A program made the position numbers and the translations under genes. Below the pieces are notes generated by a model. The model was given only the letters and a program-made list of their open reading frames with translations, ran no database searches and was not told where the DNA came from. A stretch of DNA of 64,000 bases from an uncultured Candidatus Actinomarina sp. (GTDB lineage Bacteria > Actinomycetota > Acidimicrobiia > Actinomarinales > Actinomarinaceae). The number at the start of each line of letters is the position of its first letter. Within the stretch, counting starts at the first letter, position 1. Below, in pieces: positions 1 through 10,143 of the stretch. The DNA is taken from contig CABYTP010000001.1 in the NCBI GenBank assembly GCA_902521955.1, forward strand, positions 18,097 through 82,096, read 5' to 3'.

Positions 1-1
1 C

Positions 2-736
2 AATGAGGATTCACTCGAAAAAATTAATGCATTTTATAAAAAAATTATTGATCAAACAGTAATAGTTAAAGGAACCAGAGAAGCAGAAATGGTTAAGCTT
101 CTAGAAAACACTTATCGACATGTAAACATTGCGTTAATAAATGAATTAGCCATGCTTTGTAAAATGTTAGAAATTGATATCTGGGAAGTAGTCAATGCTG
201 CAAAAACAAAACCCTTTGGTTTTCAGTCTTTTACTCCGGGACCTGGAGTAGGGGGGCACTGTATACCTGTAGATCCGGAATATTTATCATTTAAAACTCG
301 CCAAATTGGTAAACCAGTTAGATTTGTTGAATTAGCTCAGGAAATTAACAATTCAATGCCAGCATATGTTGTTAGCAGAGTGAATGAATTATTAAATAGT
401 AAAGATAAAATATTACGAAATTCAAAAATTTTAGTACTAGGTGTTGCTTATAAAAAAGATATTAGCGATATGAGAGAATCTCCAGCATTAGATATCTTAG
501 AACTTCTACTTGAAAAGAATGTAGAGGTTTCTTTCTATGATCCCTTTGTTAATGAATTAAATATCTCAGGTCAAAGTATTAAAAAAGAATCTTCATCAAA
601 TAATTTTGAAAACTATGATATGTTATTAGTTTTGACACCCCATAGTGAGTTTTCAGAAATTAATTTTGACTCATTACAGAATATTGTATTTGACACTACT
701 GGAAGTAATTTTATTCAAAGTACTGAAAGGATTTAA
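2..736 (+). CDS. Nucleotide-sugar dehydrogenase (UDP-glucose/UDP-ManNAc dehydrogenase family), 5'-truncated at the window edge
   Basis: The frame is open from position 2. The motif GGHCIPVDP (catalytic Cys) and the central-domain sequence EAEMVKLLENTYRHVNIALINELA are present, and a C-terminal UDP-binding domain follows. Stop codon TAA at 734-736. Confidence 0.85.
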   Translation, partial: NEDSLEKINAFYKKIIDQTVIVKGTREAEMVKLLENTYRHVNIALINELAMLCKMLEIDIWEVVNAAKTKPFGFQSFTPGPGVGGHCIPVDPEYLSFKTRQIGKPVRFVELAQEINNSMPAYVVSRVNELLNSKDKILRNSKILVLGVAYKKDISDMRESPALDILELLLEKNVEVSFYDPFVNELNISGQSIKKESSSNNFENYDMLLVLTPHSEFSEINFDSLQNIVFDTTGSNFIQSTERI

Positions 737-764
737 TATATCTGTTAATTTCCATACATTACCA

Positions 765-3182
765 GTGACAATAAAACTTCTTGGAAACGAATTAGGAAAT
801 GTCATAAAAGAACAAGCTGGTACAAAATATTTTAAAATTGTAGAAAATATCAGATTTAATTCAAAAAAGTATAGATCAACAAAAGATGAAAAGTATTTAA
901 ATAGCATCTTTAAATCTTTAAAAAATTTAGAACCAGAAGAAATTTATATAATTACAAAATCTTTTACGATATTTTTTTATCTATCCAATATTGCCGAACA
1001 AGTATTTAGAGAGCACTTTCTTGAAAATAAAAATATTAAGATAAAAAAGTCATTAAAGAAGAATCTATCCTTTCTACCTGTATTCACCGCTCATCCCACT
1101 GAAAGCTCAAGACAATCTACATTAAAGAAAATATATAAAATTGGTGAATTAATTGAAAATAACTCATCTAACGATATGAATGAAATTAATACTTTAATAA
1201 CACAACTTTGGTATACAAGAGATGTTAGATCTGCTAAACCTAACCCCTTGGATGAAGTGAAGTCTTTAATTTATTATTTAGAAATTTTATATACTGATGT
1301 TTACGAAAGTGTCGTAAATGATGAAGAAGTTTTAAAAAATACTGAAAATTTTAATATAAATTTTGGTTCATGGGTTGGAGCGGATAAAGACGGCAATCCA
1401 TATGTTACTACCAGTGTTACCAAAGAAGCTCTTAAGATTTACTCTTACCAAATTATTAATATTTATAAGGAGAAAATCAAAGAACTATCAGAAGATTTTA
1501 GTATTTCTACCGATTTTGTAAAATGCCCAGACTTTTTGTATAGGGCTATTAAAAAATATGAAAAATTATTGCCAAATGAATATGTCCATTATTCTAAAGT
1601 AAATTTTGATGAGCCTTTTCGAATTTATCTCTCTTTAGTTTTTCATCGGCTTGAAATGTTTCAAAAAAGCAATAAAGGGTATATGTATTTTGATCAATTT
1701 AAAAAAGACATGTTAATTTTTCAAAAGGCTGTCAATCAAATATTTGGTAACAAAACACAAATTGATAAACTAGACACTTTTATTAAATATATTGAGCAAT
1801 TTGAATTTCATGGTGTTTCTTTAGATATTCGCCAAAACTCTTCTGTAGTCAATTCAAAACAAGGTGAACTTTATACAGACTTTAAGAAGCTGTTAAAAGA
1901 TATTCCCAATTTACAAAAAATTTATGGAGCAAAAGTATTTAATTCTCTCATCCTTTCAATGACTAAATCTCATACTGATGTCATTACACTTTTTGATTTA
2001 TGTAAAGAGGTTATGCCACTTATAAATATTCCATCTATAACTCCGCTAATTGAAGAAATTAATGACTTGAATAACTCCGCGGAAATTATTGAAAAACTAC
2101 TTAATACTTCAAGATACAAAAAATTTTTGACTAACTACATGGGTAATTCTCAAGAAATAATGCTTGGATATTCTGATTCCAATAAAGATGGAGGCATTAT
2201 TGCTTCACAGTGGAACGTATATAAAGCTCAAATTTCTATGTTTGAAGTAGGTGTTAATAATAAAGTTAATATCAATTTCTTTCATGGCAGGGGAGGAACA
2301 ATAAGTCGTGGAGGCGGCCCTACATATGATTCTATTATGTCACAACCTCAAGGTACGATCTCTTCACAAATAAGATACACAGAACAAGGAGAAGTTATCT
2401 CTGACAAGTATTCAACACGCTATTTGGCTTATGAGAATATAAAACTTGGAATAGCTGCTTTCATAAACAAATCATCAAGTAAAATTCAATCTAAATTAAA
2501 GCATGAAAAATTTATAGATGAACTTTCTGAAAAGTCTTATGAAAAATACAGAGAATTTGTTGAACAAGATGGCCTAATTGATTATTTTGAATCGGGTACA
2601 CCAGTTAATTTATTATCAACTCTTAATATAGGTTCAAGACCCAGCAAGAGGTCTGGTGCAAATAACTCTATTGAAAACTATCGAGCAATTCCATGGGTTT
2701 TTGGTTGGGCTCAAACTAGAAATACACTGACAGGCTGGTACGGTTCAGGTACAGCTTTACAATACGCAATTGAAAGGTATGGAATTGAAGAAGTAAGACG
2801 CATTTATCACAACTCACAATTTTTAAAGAACCTAATAAGTAATATAGAGATGACTATTTTTAAATCTGATTTAAAAATTTCTAAACTGTATGTCAAGTCA
2901 CTACTTGATAAGGAAAATATTAAAATTTATGAAAATATTGTTAATGAGTCAAGCTTGGTAAAATCTGCAATTAAAAAAATTAAAAATACAAATGAACTTC
3001 TTTCTGATAACAAAGTATTAAAAAACACTTTGAATATCAGGAATGCCTATTTAGACCCTCTTTCTTTGATACAGATTACGTTAATGCAAAAAATGAAAAA
3101 TTCTTCTTTGGTAGATAAAGAGAAAAAGGCACTTCTTCTTTCAATAAACGGACTAGCCGCTGGACTTAGAAATACTGGCTGA
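765..3182 (+). CDS. ppc: Phosphoenolpyruvate carboxylase
   Basis: PEPC signatures are present: LLGNELGNVIKEQAG near the N-terminus, VFTAHPTE, and FHGRGGTISRGGGP. The upstream ORF ends at 736 and there is no ATG between that stop and the conserved LLG block, so the start is probably GTG at 765, in frame. The start remains uncertain because ATA at 738 is also in frame. Confidence 0.85.
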   Translation: MTIKLLGNELGNVIKEQAGTKYFKIVENIRFNSKKYRSTKDEKYLNSIFKSLKNLEPEEIYIITKSFTIFFYLSNIAEQVFREHFLENKNIKIKKSLKKNLSFLPVFTAHPTESSRQSTLKKIYKIGELIENNSSNDMNEINTLITQLWYTRDVRSAKPNPLDEVKSLIYYLEILYTDVYESVVNDEEVLKNTENFNINFGSWVGADKDGNPYVTTSVTKEALKIYSYQIINIYKEKIKELSEDFSISTDFVKCPDFLYRAIKKYEKLLPNEYVHYSKVNFDEPFRIYLSLVFHRLEMFQKSNKGYMYFDQFKKDMLIFQKAVNQIFGNKTQIDKLDTFIKYIEQFEFHGVSLDIRQNSSVVNSKQGELYTDFKKLLKDIPNLQKIYGAKVFNSLILSMTKSHTDVITLFDLCKEVMPLINIPSITPLIEEINDLNNSAEIIEKLLNTSRYKKFLTNYMGNSQEIMLGYSDSNKDGGIIASQWNVYKAQISMFEVGVNNKVNINFFHGRGGTISRGGGPTYDSIMSQPQGTISSQIRYTEQGEVISDKYSTRYLAYENIKLGIAAFINKSSSKIQSKLKHEKFIDELSEKSYEKYREFVEQDGLIDYFESGTPVNLLSTLNIGSRPSKRSGANNSIENYRAIPWVFGWAQTRNTLTGWYGSGTALQYAIERYGIEEVRRIYHNSQFLKNLISNIEMTIFKSDLKISKLYVKSLLDKENIKIYENIVNESSLVKSAIKKIKNTNELLSDNKVLKNTLNIRNAYLDPLSLIQITLMQKMKNSSLVDKEKKALLLSINGLAAGLRNTG

Positions 3183-4298
3183 CAAATCTCTTAGTTCAAA
3201 GTGCATTTCATCTGGAGATGTCCACGTACCTCCCCAAGCGAATCCCCATGAATTAAAAATTTCAACTATTCTTGGCGGATAGCCTGTTTTTGTATTTATG
3301 TCTATTGCAATTCCCCACGCATGTCTTGAGATACTACCACCTGCATCAAACCTACTAATTCTTCTTGGAGCATAACATCCGCCAGAAGACCTCCACTCTT
3401 CAATTGATAAATATCCTTCAAGGCCTTCTTCAAGAATTTGATTTAGCGCACCCTCAAGTGGTTCCCACATTAATCTATGGCATCTTGTAATTCCCAATAT
3501 AGGCATCCTTTTATTTTGTATATTTTCTTCTCTCCATTCAGGTTCTGTTGTAATCCAAACGCCGTCCCGTTCTTTTATTTGAAAATCACCAAACATTTCT
3601 TTTACAAGTGCATTAGGTAATACCCAATTTTTATTAGGCGATGGTTTTTTATATGTAAATTTAACTTTTCTGTATTCAATATTTTTATGAAGTTCTATAA
3701 AAAAATTCTCACTTACTTTACTATCCCATATGATTGCTTGTATATTTCTGAAAATTCCTAACTTATATCCAACTTCCTTATTAACTACTACCTCAAACCA
3801 ACCGAGGGTGGAGTCTTTTATAATTTTTCCAACTTCTATAGGTATTTTTTCATTGTTTAGTCCTACAAAATTAACAATGTCTCCCACTTCAAGTTGATAT
3901 CGTTCCGCAGTTAGACTTGAAGCAACTAACATTCCACTGTTTATAACATCAGCAGTATCAGTATCATAAAACATATTTGTTACTTTGGAGTCAATGGTTT
4001 TAACAGAAATAGAATATAAAAAATTTTCTAATGTGCTTACTTTGACTTCTTCATTAAATGATGTTGTTGACTCAAGACCAACATTTGCTCTACCTATGAA
4101 TGTTACATTTGAGTTTAAATTTTTAACACTTTCTATTATTTGATTTGTAACACTATAAAATAAACTTCCAGATTGGGAAATTGTTATAACTTCATAATTA
4201 TCTATTTTATTTTTTGATTGAAGAACTGTTTCTTGATTATTCGTGATTGGAATAGAAGATAAGTTGATTAGAACAGAAACTAATAGCGAGTAAATCAT
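3153..4298 (-). CDS. Secreted peptidase M15 family (VanY-like D-Ala-D-Ala carboxypeptidase domain) with an N-terminal domain of unknown function
   Basis: N-terminal signal-like segment MIYSLLVSVLINLSSIP. C-terminal SRHAWGIAIDI and DEMHFE motifs typical of LAS/M15 zinc peptidases. The 3' end overlaps the ppc 3' end by 30 bp, convergently. Confidence 0.7.
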   Translation of the reverse strand: MIYSLLVSVLINLSSIPITNNQETVLQSKNKIDNYEVITISQSGSLFYSVTNQIIESVKNLNSNVTFIGRANVGLESTTSFNEEVKVSTLENFLYSISVKTIDSKVTNMFYDTDTADVINSGMLVASSLTAERYQLEVGDIVNFVGLNNEKIPIEVGKIIKDSTLGWFEVVVNKEVGYKLGIFRNIQAIIWDSKVSENFFIELHKNIEYRKVKFTYKKPSPNKNWVLPNALVKEMFGDFQIKERDGVWITTEPEWREENIQNKRMPILGITRCHRLMWEPLEGALNQILEEGLEGYLSIEEWRSSGGCYAPRRISRFDAGGSISRHAWGIAIDINTKTGYPPRIVEIFNSWGFAWGGTWTSPDEMHFELRDLSASISKSSG

Positions 4299-4473
4299 AT
4301 TAATTAGTTTAATTTTTCTAATAATTTACACATATTTCAGATTAATAAATACCGCAATGTGTCCACAACTAGAATTTTATGTGCGGTATTTTATAAGTTT
4401 TTTTACTCTAAAGTACTGATTAAATATGAGAATTATTAAGATAAAAAAAAGTTTAATAAATGGAGAAAATTCA

Positions 4474-7062
4474 ATGAAGTTGCTTACAAACTTTTTTAGT
4501 TCGGCTGCTACTAAGCGTCCAGTAGTCACAATTTTAGTAGTCCTTCTTTTAACTGGTTTTTTTGGATTTATGGCAGGACAAGCTGAAGAGTTAAGTACTA
4601 GCTTTGGTGGAGAACTAGATACACCTGAAATACAAGCATCTTCAAAACTTGGTGAATACTTTCAAACCTCCGGTTCCCAATCTGTATTTCAAATTATTGT
4701 AAGTGGTGAAGATGTACTCACTGTAGATGGCTATACAGCCTGGCAGGAAATTAATAAAGCAGTTCTGCAAAGTGAAATTTATCCTTATTTAGTAAAAGAT
4801 CAAGGGGGAGCGGTACAAGGCTTTTTCGCACCTGTTGATTTTGCAAAAGCATTTAATCCAACTTTAAATGTTAGTGCTATGTCAGATGAACAGTTTAAAC
4901 AGCTTTATAATCAAGCTAATGGACAAATGCCTCCTGAGTTTAAAGCGTTTGCTGCAGCTCTTTTATCCTCAACTTATGATGAAGATGCGACTACAGCTTC
5001 TGCAGGTTTAGCAATTGTGACTATTGATAGTTCATTAATAGCCCAAGAATTTGGTGGTTCTGATGGAGCATTTATCGAACAACCACGTATGGAAGTTGCT
5101 CTTTCTGAAGCACTATCTGAAATTTCAATAGGAGATATTAAAGTGTCTGGCTTTTCCTTTGGTCTTTTATTAGGTAACGAAGGCGATGACTTTCTTGCTG
5201 AGATTGGTCTATTATTTGGACAAGCATTCTTAATCATTCTTGTTGTACTTGCATATATATTTTTTATAAGACCAAGAAAAGGTTTTGGAATTCTTAAATC
5301 TGGACGAAGAACATTTAGTGATTTGCTACTAAGTCTTGGAGCAATACTACTTTCTATTGGCTGGATGCAGGGTGCAGGTACGATACTTGGACCCGGTTAT
5401 TTGGATATCATAGGTGCTCCTAACCAAGTTTCACAAATTGCTCCTATTATTTTAATCGGCCTCGGTGTTGATTATGCAATTCACTTTACATCTAGATATA
5501 GGGAAGAAATAGGTTCAGGAAATTCTATAGTTGGCTCTACATCATCAACACTTAAGTCTGTTGGTATCGCACTTACACTTGCTACGCTTGCAACAATTGT
5601 AGGATTCTTAACAAATATTGTTTCCCCGCTTCCAGAATTAAAAGATTTTGGAATTTTAGTTTCAACCGGTATATTTTTTGCTTTCTTTTTAGTTATGACT
5701 TTTGTTCCTGCTATCAGGACATTATTAGATAAAAGAGCTGAATCAAAGGGAAATATCAGTACTGAAGCTTTTTCATCATCTGGAGAGAGTGTACTAAACA
5801 AAATTGCTGCATCCAGTGGAATTATTCCAAAGAAGCTCAAATTAGTTGCCCTAGCATTATTAATTGGAATTTCAGGTTATGGGTATTTTAGCTTTACTAA
5901 CTTAGAGACAATTTTTGAATTTACAGATTTTCTTCCTGAGGATGATCCAGTTGTACAAACCTTAGACCTATTAACCGAAGAGTTTGGTGGTGGGTTTGGA
6001 GAGACTACAAGTGTACTAATTGAGGGTGATAACCTTGCAACACCAGATGTACATAATGCTCTTATTGAGTCAATTAATAATTTAAGCGATAAAGAAAATA
6101 TAGTAGTTTATGCAGGTAATGTGGCTGCTGAGTCTGTAATTGGCACAGTCGGACAGCTATTAGCTCCTCAAGGAGCAGCTCCTGGTGCACCACCAGCGAT
6201 GCCTGATATGGAAGTTTTGGGCGCCCTTGGTTCATACGGTGTTGATTTAATGTCTGGCTCTCAAGGTATTGATGCTTTAAGGGTTAAAGACTCAGGAGAT
6301 GTTCAAGGACTTTATGAGTATCTTGTTAGTTCTGATCCGGAAGCATTTTTAGCAAACCTATATTTCAATGAAGAAAATTTAGTAACTGCTCAACAAGTTA
6401 GAATAACAACTTCAGCTGGTTCTTTAGGAGCTGCACAATTAAGAGATGACATATATGATGCCTTTATTCCACTATCTTCACTAGGAGTAGATATTGCTGC
6501 AACAAATGATGCTATTGTAACTCAGAGTGTAAGTGACTTAATTTCAGAGTCACAATTCCAATCATTAATCTTTGCCATTCTAGCTTCAATGACTTTCTTA
6601 ATTCTTTACTACTTAATTGATATTAGAAAACCATTTCTTGGGGTAATTACTATTCTTCCAGTAGTAGCTATAGTAATGGGAACTTATTTAGGTATGTATT
6701 TTCTTGAAATACCTTTAAATCCTGTAACATCAACGCTATCAGGGTTAGCTATTGGTATAGGTGTGCCTTTCGTAATTCATGTTACTAATAGATTTAGAGA
6801 AACTCTTTTGACTTCACCAAATCCAGTTGAAGCAGTGAAAACTACATTAAAAACAACAGGTGGTTCACTATTTGGATCAGCATTCACAACCATGGCTGGT
6901 TTTGGTATTTTGATGACCTCATCATTAAAACCATTTCAACAAATGGGCCAAGTTGTTGTTGTAGCTCTTGGTTTTGCCTTAGTGGCATCTATCCTAATTT
7001 TGCCTACATTATTAGTATTTTGGGCTAATTATCACAATAAAAAAACCGCTAAATCTTTATAG
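4474..7062 (+). CDS. MMPL/RND-superfamily membrane transporter
   Basis: About 860 aa with two blocks of hydrophobic TM clusters separated by large soluble loops, the MMPL architecture. I prefer the ATG at 4474 (MKLLTNFF) because GGAGA sits 7 nt upstream; the ORF track begins at 4426. Confidence 0.7.
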   Translation: MKLLTNFFSSAATKRPVVTILVVLLLTGFFGFMAGQAEELSTSFGGELDTPEIQASSKLGEYFQTSGSQSVFQIIVSGEDVLTVDGYTAWQEINKAVLQSEIYPYLVKDQGGAVQGFFAPVDFAKAFNPTLNVSAMSDEQFKQLYNQANGQMPPEFKAFAAALLSSTYDEDATTASAGLAIVTIDSSLIAQEFGGSDGAFIEQPRMEVALSEALSEISIGDIKVSGFSFGLLLGNEGDDFLAEIGLLFGQAFLIILVVLAYIFFIRPRKGFGILKSGRRTFSDLLLSLGAILLSIGWMQGAGTILGPGYLDIIGAPNQVSQIAPIILIGLGVDYAIHFTSRYREEIGSGNSIVGSTSSTLKSVGIALTLATLATIVGFLTNIVSPLPELKDFGILVSTGIFFAFFLVMTFVPAIRTLLDKRAESKGNISTEAFSSSGESVLNKIAASSGIIPKKLKLVALALLIGISGYGYFSFTNLETIFEFTDFLPEDDPVVQTLDLLTEEFGGGFGETTSVLIEGDNLATPDVHNALIESINNLSDKENIVVYAGNVAAESVIGTVGQLLAPQGAAPGAPPAMPDMEVLGALGSYGVDLMSGSQGIDALRVKDSGDVQGLYEYLVSSDPEAFLANLYFNEENLVTAQQVRITTSAGSLGAAQLRDDIYDAFIPLSSLGVDIAATNDAIVTQSVSDLISESQFQSLIFAILASMTFLILYYLIDIRKPFLGVITILPVVAIVMGTYLGMYFLEIPLNPVTSTLSGLAIGIGVPFVIHVTNRFRETLLTSPNPVEAVKTTLKTTGGSLFGSAFTTMAGFGILMTSSLKPFQQMGQVVVVALGFALVASILILPTLLVFWANYHNKKTAKSL

Positions 7063-7085
7063 ATTTACTTATTACTATTAAGTAA

Positions 7086-7856
7086 GTGAATGTATCTAAA
7101 TTACTAGAAACTGTAAATTCTCTAGCCCCTCTTGATTGTGCTTTTGAAGACGATTTTGTAGGGATTACTGTTGGGTCAGAAGATTCTAAAGTAAATGGAT
7201 TAGCTGTTGCACATGAATTAGAGAACAATATATTAAAATATTCAATCGATAACGATATAAATACTTTAATTACCTACCACCCACCATCAATGAAAAAAAA
7301 GTTAGAAGAAGATGGTACTGAAAGTTTTGAAGAAGAAACATTGACATCTGAGTTCAGAGAAGCAGGAATAAATATAATCACTATTCATACAGCACAAGAT
7401 GTTTGTAAAGGTGGGAATGCGGATTTACTTGTGGATTTATTTGAAATGACAAATACTAAAGTATTTGCAAATACTACTGGAGCGTTTGGAGCAGGCCGCA
7501 TTGGACAAATACAAAAAATACCTACCAAGGAATTTGTAAAGTCTTTAGAAGCAAAACTTAATACAAGAATTGTAAGGACTAATAAATATTTTCAAACATT
7601 AAGAGAGCTAAATACTATTGCAGTCTTACCTGGATCAGGAACCCAATTTTTAGATGAAGTGATTACAAAAGCAGATGTATTTATAACAGGCGACATATCT
7701 CATAGATACTTGTTAAAGGGCGATGAAACAAAACTTGGGTTGATTCAAGTTAATCATTTATCTACAGAAATTCCAGGCATGAAAAAATTTGTTAGTAATT
7801 TAAGTATTGAGCTAGGAACAGAGCTAAAGTATTTTTATAATAAGTATTATGAATGA
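7086..7856 (+). CDS. Nif3-family dinuclear metal-centre protein (YqfO/GTP cyclohydrolase 1 type 2 homolog)
   Basis: The N-terminal pattern is Nif3-like: LAPLDCAFEDDFVGITVGSED followed by YHPP. GTG start. The gene forms a conserved operon with the following Zn-ribbon and RNase H genes, as in Mtb Rv2230c-Rv2228c. Confidence 0.75.
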   Translation: MNVSKLLETVNSLAPLDCAFEDDFVGITVGSEDSKVNGLAVAHELENNILKYSIDNDINTLITYHPPSMKKKLEEDGTESFEEETLTSEFREAGINIITIHTAQDVCKGGNADLLVDLFEMTNTKVFANTTGAFGAGRIGQIQKIPTKEFVKSLEAKLNTRIVRTNKYFQTLRELNTIAVLPGSGTQFLDEVITKADVFITGDISHRYLLKGDETKLGLIQVNHLSTEIPGMKKFVSNLSIELGTELKYFYNKYYE

Positions 7857-8556
7857 ACCATTTTTGCTCAGTAACTTAATTGATCTTCAAGATATTGATA
7901 ATGAAATTACAAAATTAATTAAAAAAAAATCTGAAGGTGACACAGTTTTAGAATTAAAAAAATTAGAACAAAAGTATAAAGAAATTACAAAAGCTATTGA
8001 AATATCAAAAGAAGCAATGGAGGATTATTTTAATGAAAAAAAAGATTTTGATAAAAAGCTTTTAGAGAATGAAAATAAATTATCAAGTATTGAAATGAAA
8101 TTACAAGATACAAAATTAAATGCAAGTGAATTGCAAAATTACAACTTACAGAAATCTAATGTTCAGGTTCTCATAGAAGATGTATTTAAATCTTTAGATC
8201 TTCTTAATAACAATAATAAAGATGGCTTAATAGAAATTGAAAAGTTTCAAAATGAATTAAGTTCTTTAAAGCCTAAGCTGGTTGAAATATCTAAAATGCT
8301 ACAAATTGAATGGAAAGATATTGATAGTAATATTAGCAAACATGAACAAGAAAAATCTAATCTTATTAGTTCATTTCCAGATGAAATTAAATTTCTTTAT
8401 GATGAATTAAAATCTCAAGGAGTTGAAATAATTGCTGCTTACAAAAATGATTCCCAGTGTGGTTGCTGTGGTGTAAGTCTTACATCTAGTGAAATGGATA
8501 GTGTTCAAGAATCTAAATTTCAGCAATGTCCATACTGTCAAGGTGTTTTAATTTAA
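7849..8556 (+). CDS. COG1579-type zinc-ribbon / coiled-coil protein
   Basis: A long coiled-coil region precedes a C-terminal C4 zinc ribbon, CGCCGV...CPYCQG. ATGA overlap with nif3 and TAATG overlap with rnhA. Nif3 / Zn-ribbon / RNase H synteny is conserved. Confidence 0.75.
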   Translation: MNEPFLLSNLIDLQDIDNEITKLIKKKSEGDTVLELKKLEQKYKEITKAIEISKEAMEDYFNEKKDFDKKLLENENKLSSIEMKLQDTKLNASELQNYNLQKSNVQVLIEDVFKSLDLLNNNNKDGLIEIEKFQNELSSLKPKLVEISKMLQIEWKDIDSNISKHEQEKSNLISSFPDEIKFLYDELKSQGVEIIAAYKNDSQCGCCGVSLTSSEMDSVQESKFQQCPYCQGVLI

Positions 8557-8948
8557 TGTATCAAATTTACTGTGATGGTGCTTCAAGATCAAATCCTGGA
8601 GAGGCATCAGTTGGGATATCAATTTTAAAAAATAATGAAGAAATAGATACTATTAAGAAAAGAATAGGCATCGCTACAAACAATGTTGCTGAGTATTTAG
8701 GCTTGATTGAAGCATTGCAATATTGTATTGAAAAGAACATAATGAATGTTGTTATATATTTAGATTCCTTATTGGTCGTTCAACAAGTTAATTTAGAATA
8801 CAAAGTTAAATCAAAAAAACTTCAAGAATATTACAATCAAGCCATCGATTTAATAAATCAAATAAATAAAATAGAAATTAATCATGTCCGAAGAGAATTT
8901 AATAAACGTGCAGATCAGCTAGCAAATCAGGCATTAGATGAACTATGA
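8556..8948 (+). CDS. rnhA: Ribonuclease H (RNase HI-like)
   Basis: N-terminal YCDGASRSNPGEASVGI, carrying the catalytic D-E-D architecture of RNase H. The ATG at 8556 overlaps the upstream stop (TAATG). The ORF track starts 30 nt earlier. Confidence 0.8.
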   Translation: MYQIYCDGASRSNPGEASVGISILKNNEEIDTIKKRIGIATNNVAEYLGLIEALQYCIEKNIMNVVIYLDSLLVVQQVNLEYKVKSKKLQEYYNQAIDLINQINKIEINHVRREFNKRADQLANQALDEL

Positions 8949-9409
8949 TCGTCTGGACTTCAACTATTTCAATTTTTTTATTTAGATATATATTTAAGGA
9001 TTTTAAAGCAGACTTAAGATACATAATCTTAGGAAGCTTTTTTCCAATCTTATTAGATCGATCTTTGTTTTTAATCAATTTATATAATAATCCAATATCG
9101 ATTGGCCATAGCCTATTTGTAACAATTGGATTATTGTTTACGCTTATGATTGTTACGAAAAGAAACAGTAACCTAAGAAACAAATCATTACTTTTTTCTA
9201 TAGGTTCTTTTTTTTATTTAGCTTTAAGTTTCACTTGGCTAAATCAAGAGATATTTCTATACCCAATTTTTACAGGAACAGATGACCTCTTTGAAATTCC
9301 TTTATTTATCAAAGTTATTTTAAATTTTATTGGATTAGGTTACTTTATTTATAAAATAAAAAATCTTGACCAACTTAAGTATTTTTTAAAAGAGGGGAAG
9401 TTTATTTAG
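8945..9409 (+). CDS. Hypothetical integral membrane protein (possibly DUF457-like membrane-bound hydrolase fold)
   Basis: 154 aa with four to five hydrophobic segments and a GHSL motif. ATGA overlap with rnhA. No firm family assignment. Confidence 0.4.
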   Translation: MIVWTSTISIFLFRYIFKDFKADLRYIILGSFFPILLDRSLFLINLYNNPISIGHSLFVTIGLLFTLMIVTKRNSNLRNKSLLFSIGSFFYLALSFTWLNQEIFLYPIFTGTDDLFEIPLFIKVILNFIGLGYFIYKIKNLDQLKYFLKEGKFI

Positions 9410-10142
9410 ATGAATAAAACATATTTATTGCAACTAAAACTAAGAAACTACCAAAAGCAATATTTAATGCATTCCTGGGTATATTAAAAACAAAATTTGC
9501 CCCAATAACAGAACCTACGACTCCAAATAACCCAACAGTAATACCAATTTTAACTAGTTCTGTATTTGTACGTATTTTTGTAACAGCAGCAGTAAGTGCA
9601 GTTGGAACTGTTGTTATCAATGAAATTCCCTGTGCAACAATTTGTTCAAAACCACCAAAAAATATTAAGAGCGGAATCCTAATTATTCCACCCCCAATAC
9701 CTAACAGTCCTGATCCAATTCCAGATATAAAACCAACCGAAAAATATAAAATGAAATTATTTTCATAGATTGAAACAATTGATGAAGAAAATATCATTTT
9801 ATAAGCAGAGGCAATAAGTAGTAATGAAAAGATTTTTTTTAATAATTTCGTATCAATTTTATTTGTAAACTTGCTCCCTGCATATCCACCAATTATTCCA
9901 CCAATAATAATGACTAATATTTCTAAAAATAGATTGTTATCTCCACTAAAACCTTTTAATAGATAAGTAATACTACTGGCACTAGCAACAAAAACAACTG
10001 CTAAGGAAGATACACCGGTATTAATCTTAAATTCAGATTTTGTAAGATAGGTTAGTAAAGGTACAAATACAACTCCACCACCAATACCTAAAATTCCAGA
10101 GAGCAGTCCTCCTACAGTTCCTATGACAAGGTAAATAAACAA
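9402..10142 (-). CDS. TauE/SafE (TSUP) family sulfite/anion exporter
   Basis: Duplicated 4-TM repeats, each with a glycine-rich GxGGG motif (ILGIGGGVVFVPLL and LGIGGGIIRIPLL). Confidence 0.8.
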   Translation of the reverse strand: MFIYLVIGTVGGLLSGILGIGGGVVFVPLLTYLTKSEFKINTGVSSLAVVFVASASSITYLLKGFSGDNNLFLEILVIIIGGIIGGYAGSKFTNKIDTKLLKKIFSLLLIASAYKMIFSSSIVSIYENNFILYFSVGFISGIGSGLLGIGGGIIRIPLLIFFGGFEQIVAQGISLITTVPTALTAAVTKIRTNTELVKIGITVGLFGVVGSVIGANFVFNIPRNALNIAFGSFLVLVAINMFYSSK

Positions 10143-10143
10143 A

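Noticed and set aside
674-907. 77-aa minus-strand ORF at the ppc 5' end
   Set aside because: It is antisense to the ppc N-terminal coding region and has no support.
4974-5840. Antisense ORFs (87 aa and 119 aa) inside the MMPL gene
   Set aside because: They are embedded in a well-supported long CDS on the other strand, and their Ser/Pro/Ala-rich composition is typical of antisense artefacts.
8899-9183. 94-aa minus-strand ORF spanning the rnhA/membrane-protein junction
   Set aside because: It overlaps two co-directional, translationally coupled plus-strand genes, so it is likely spurious.
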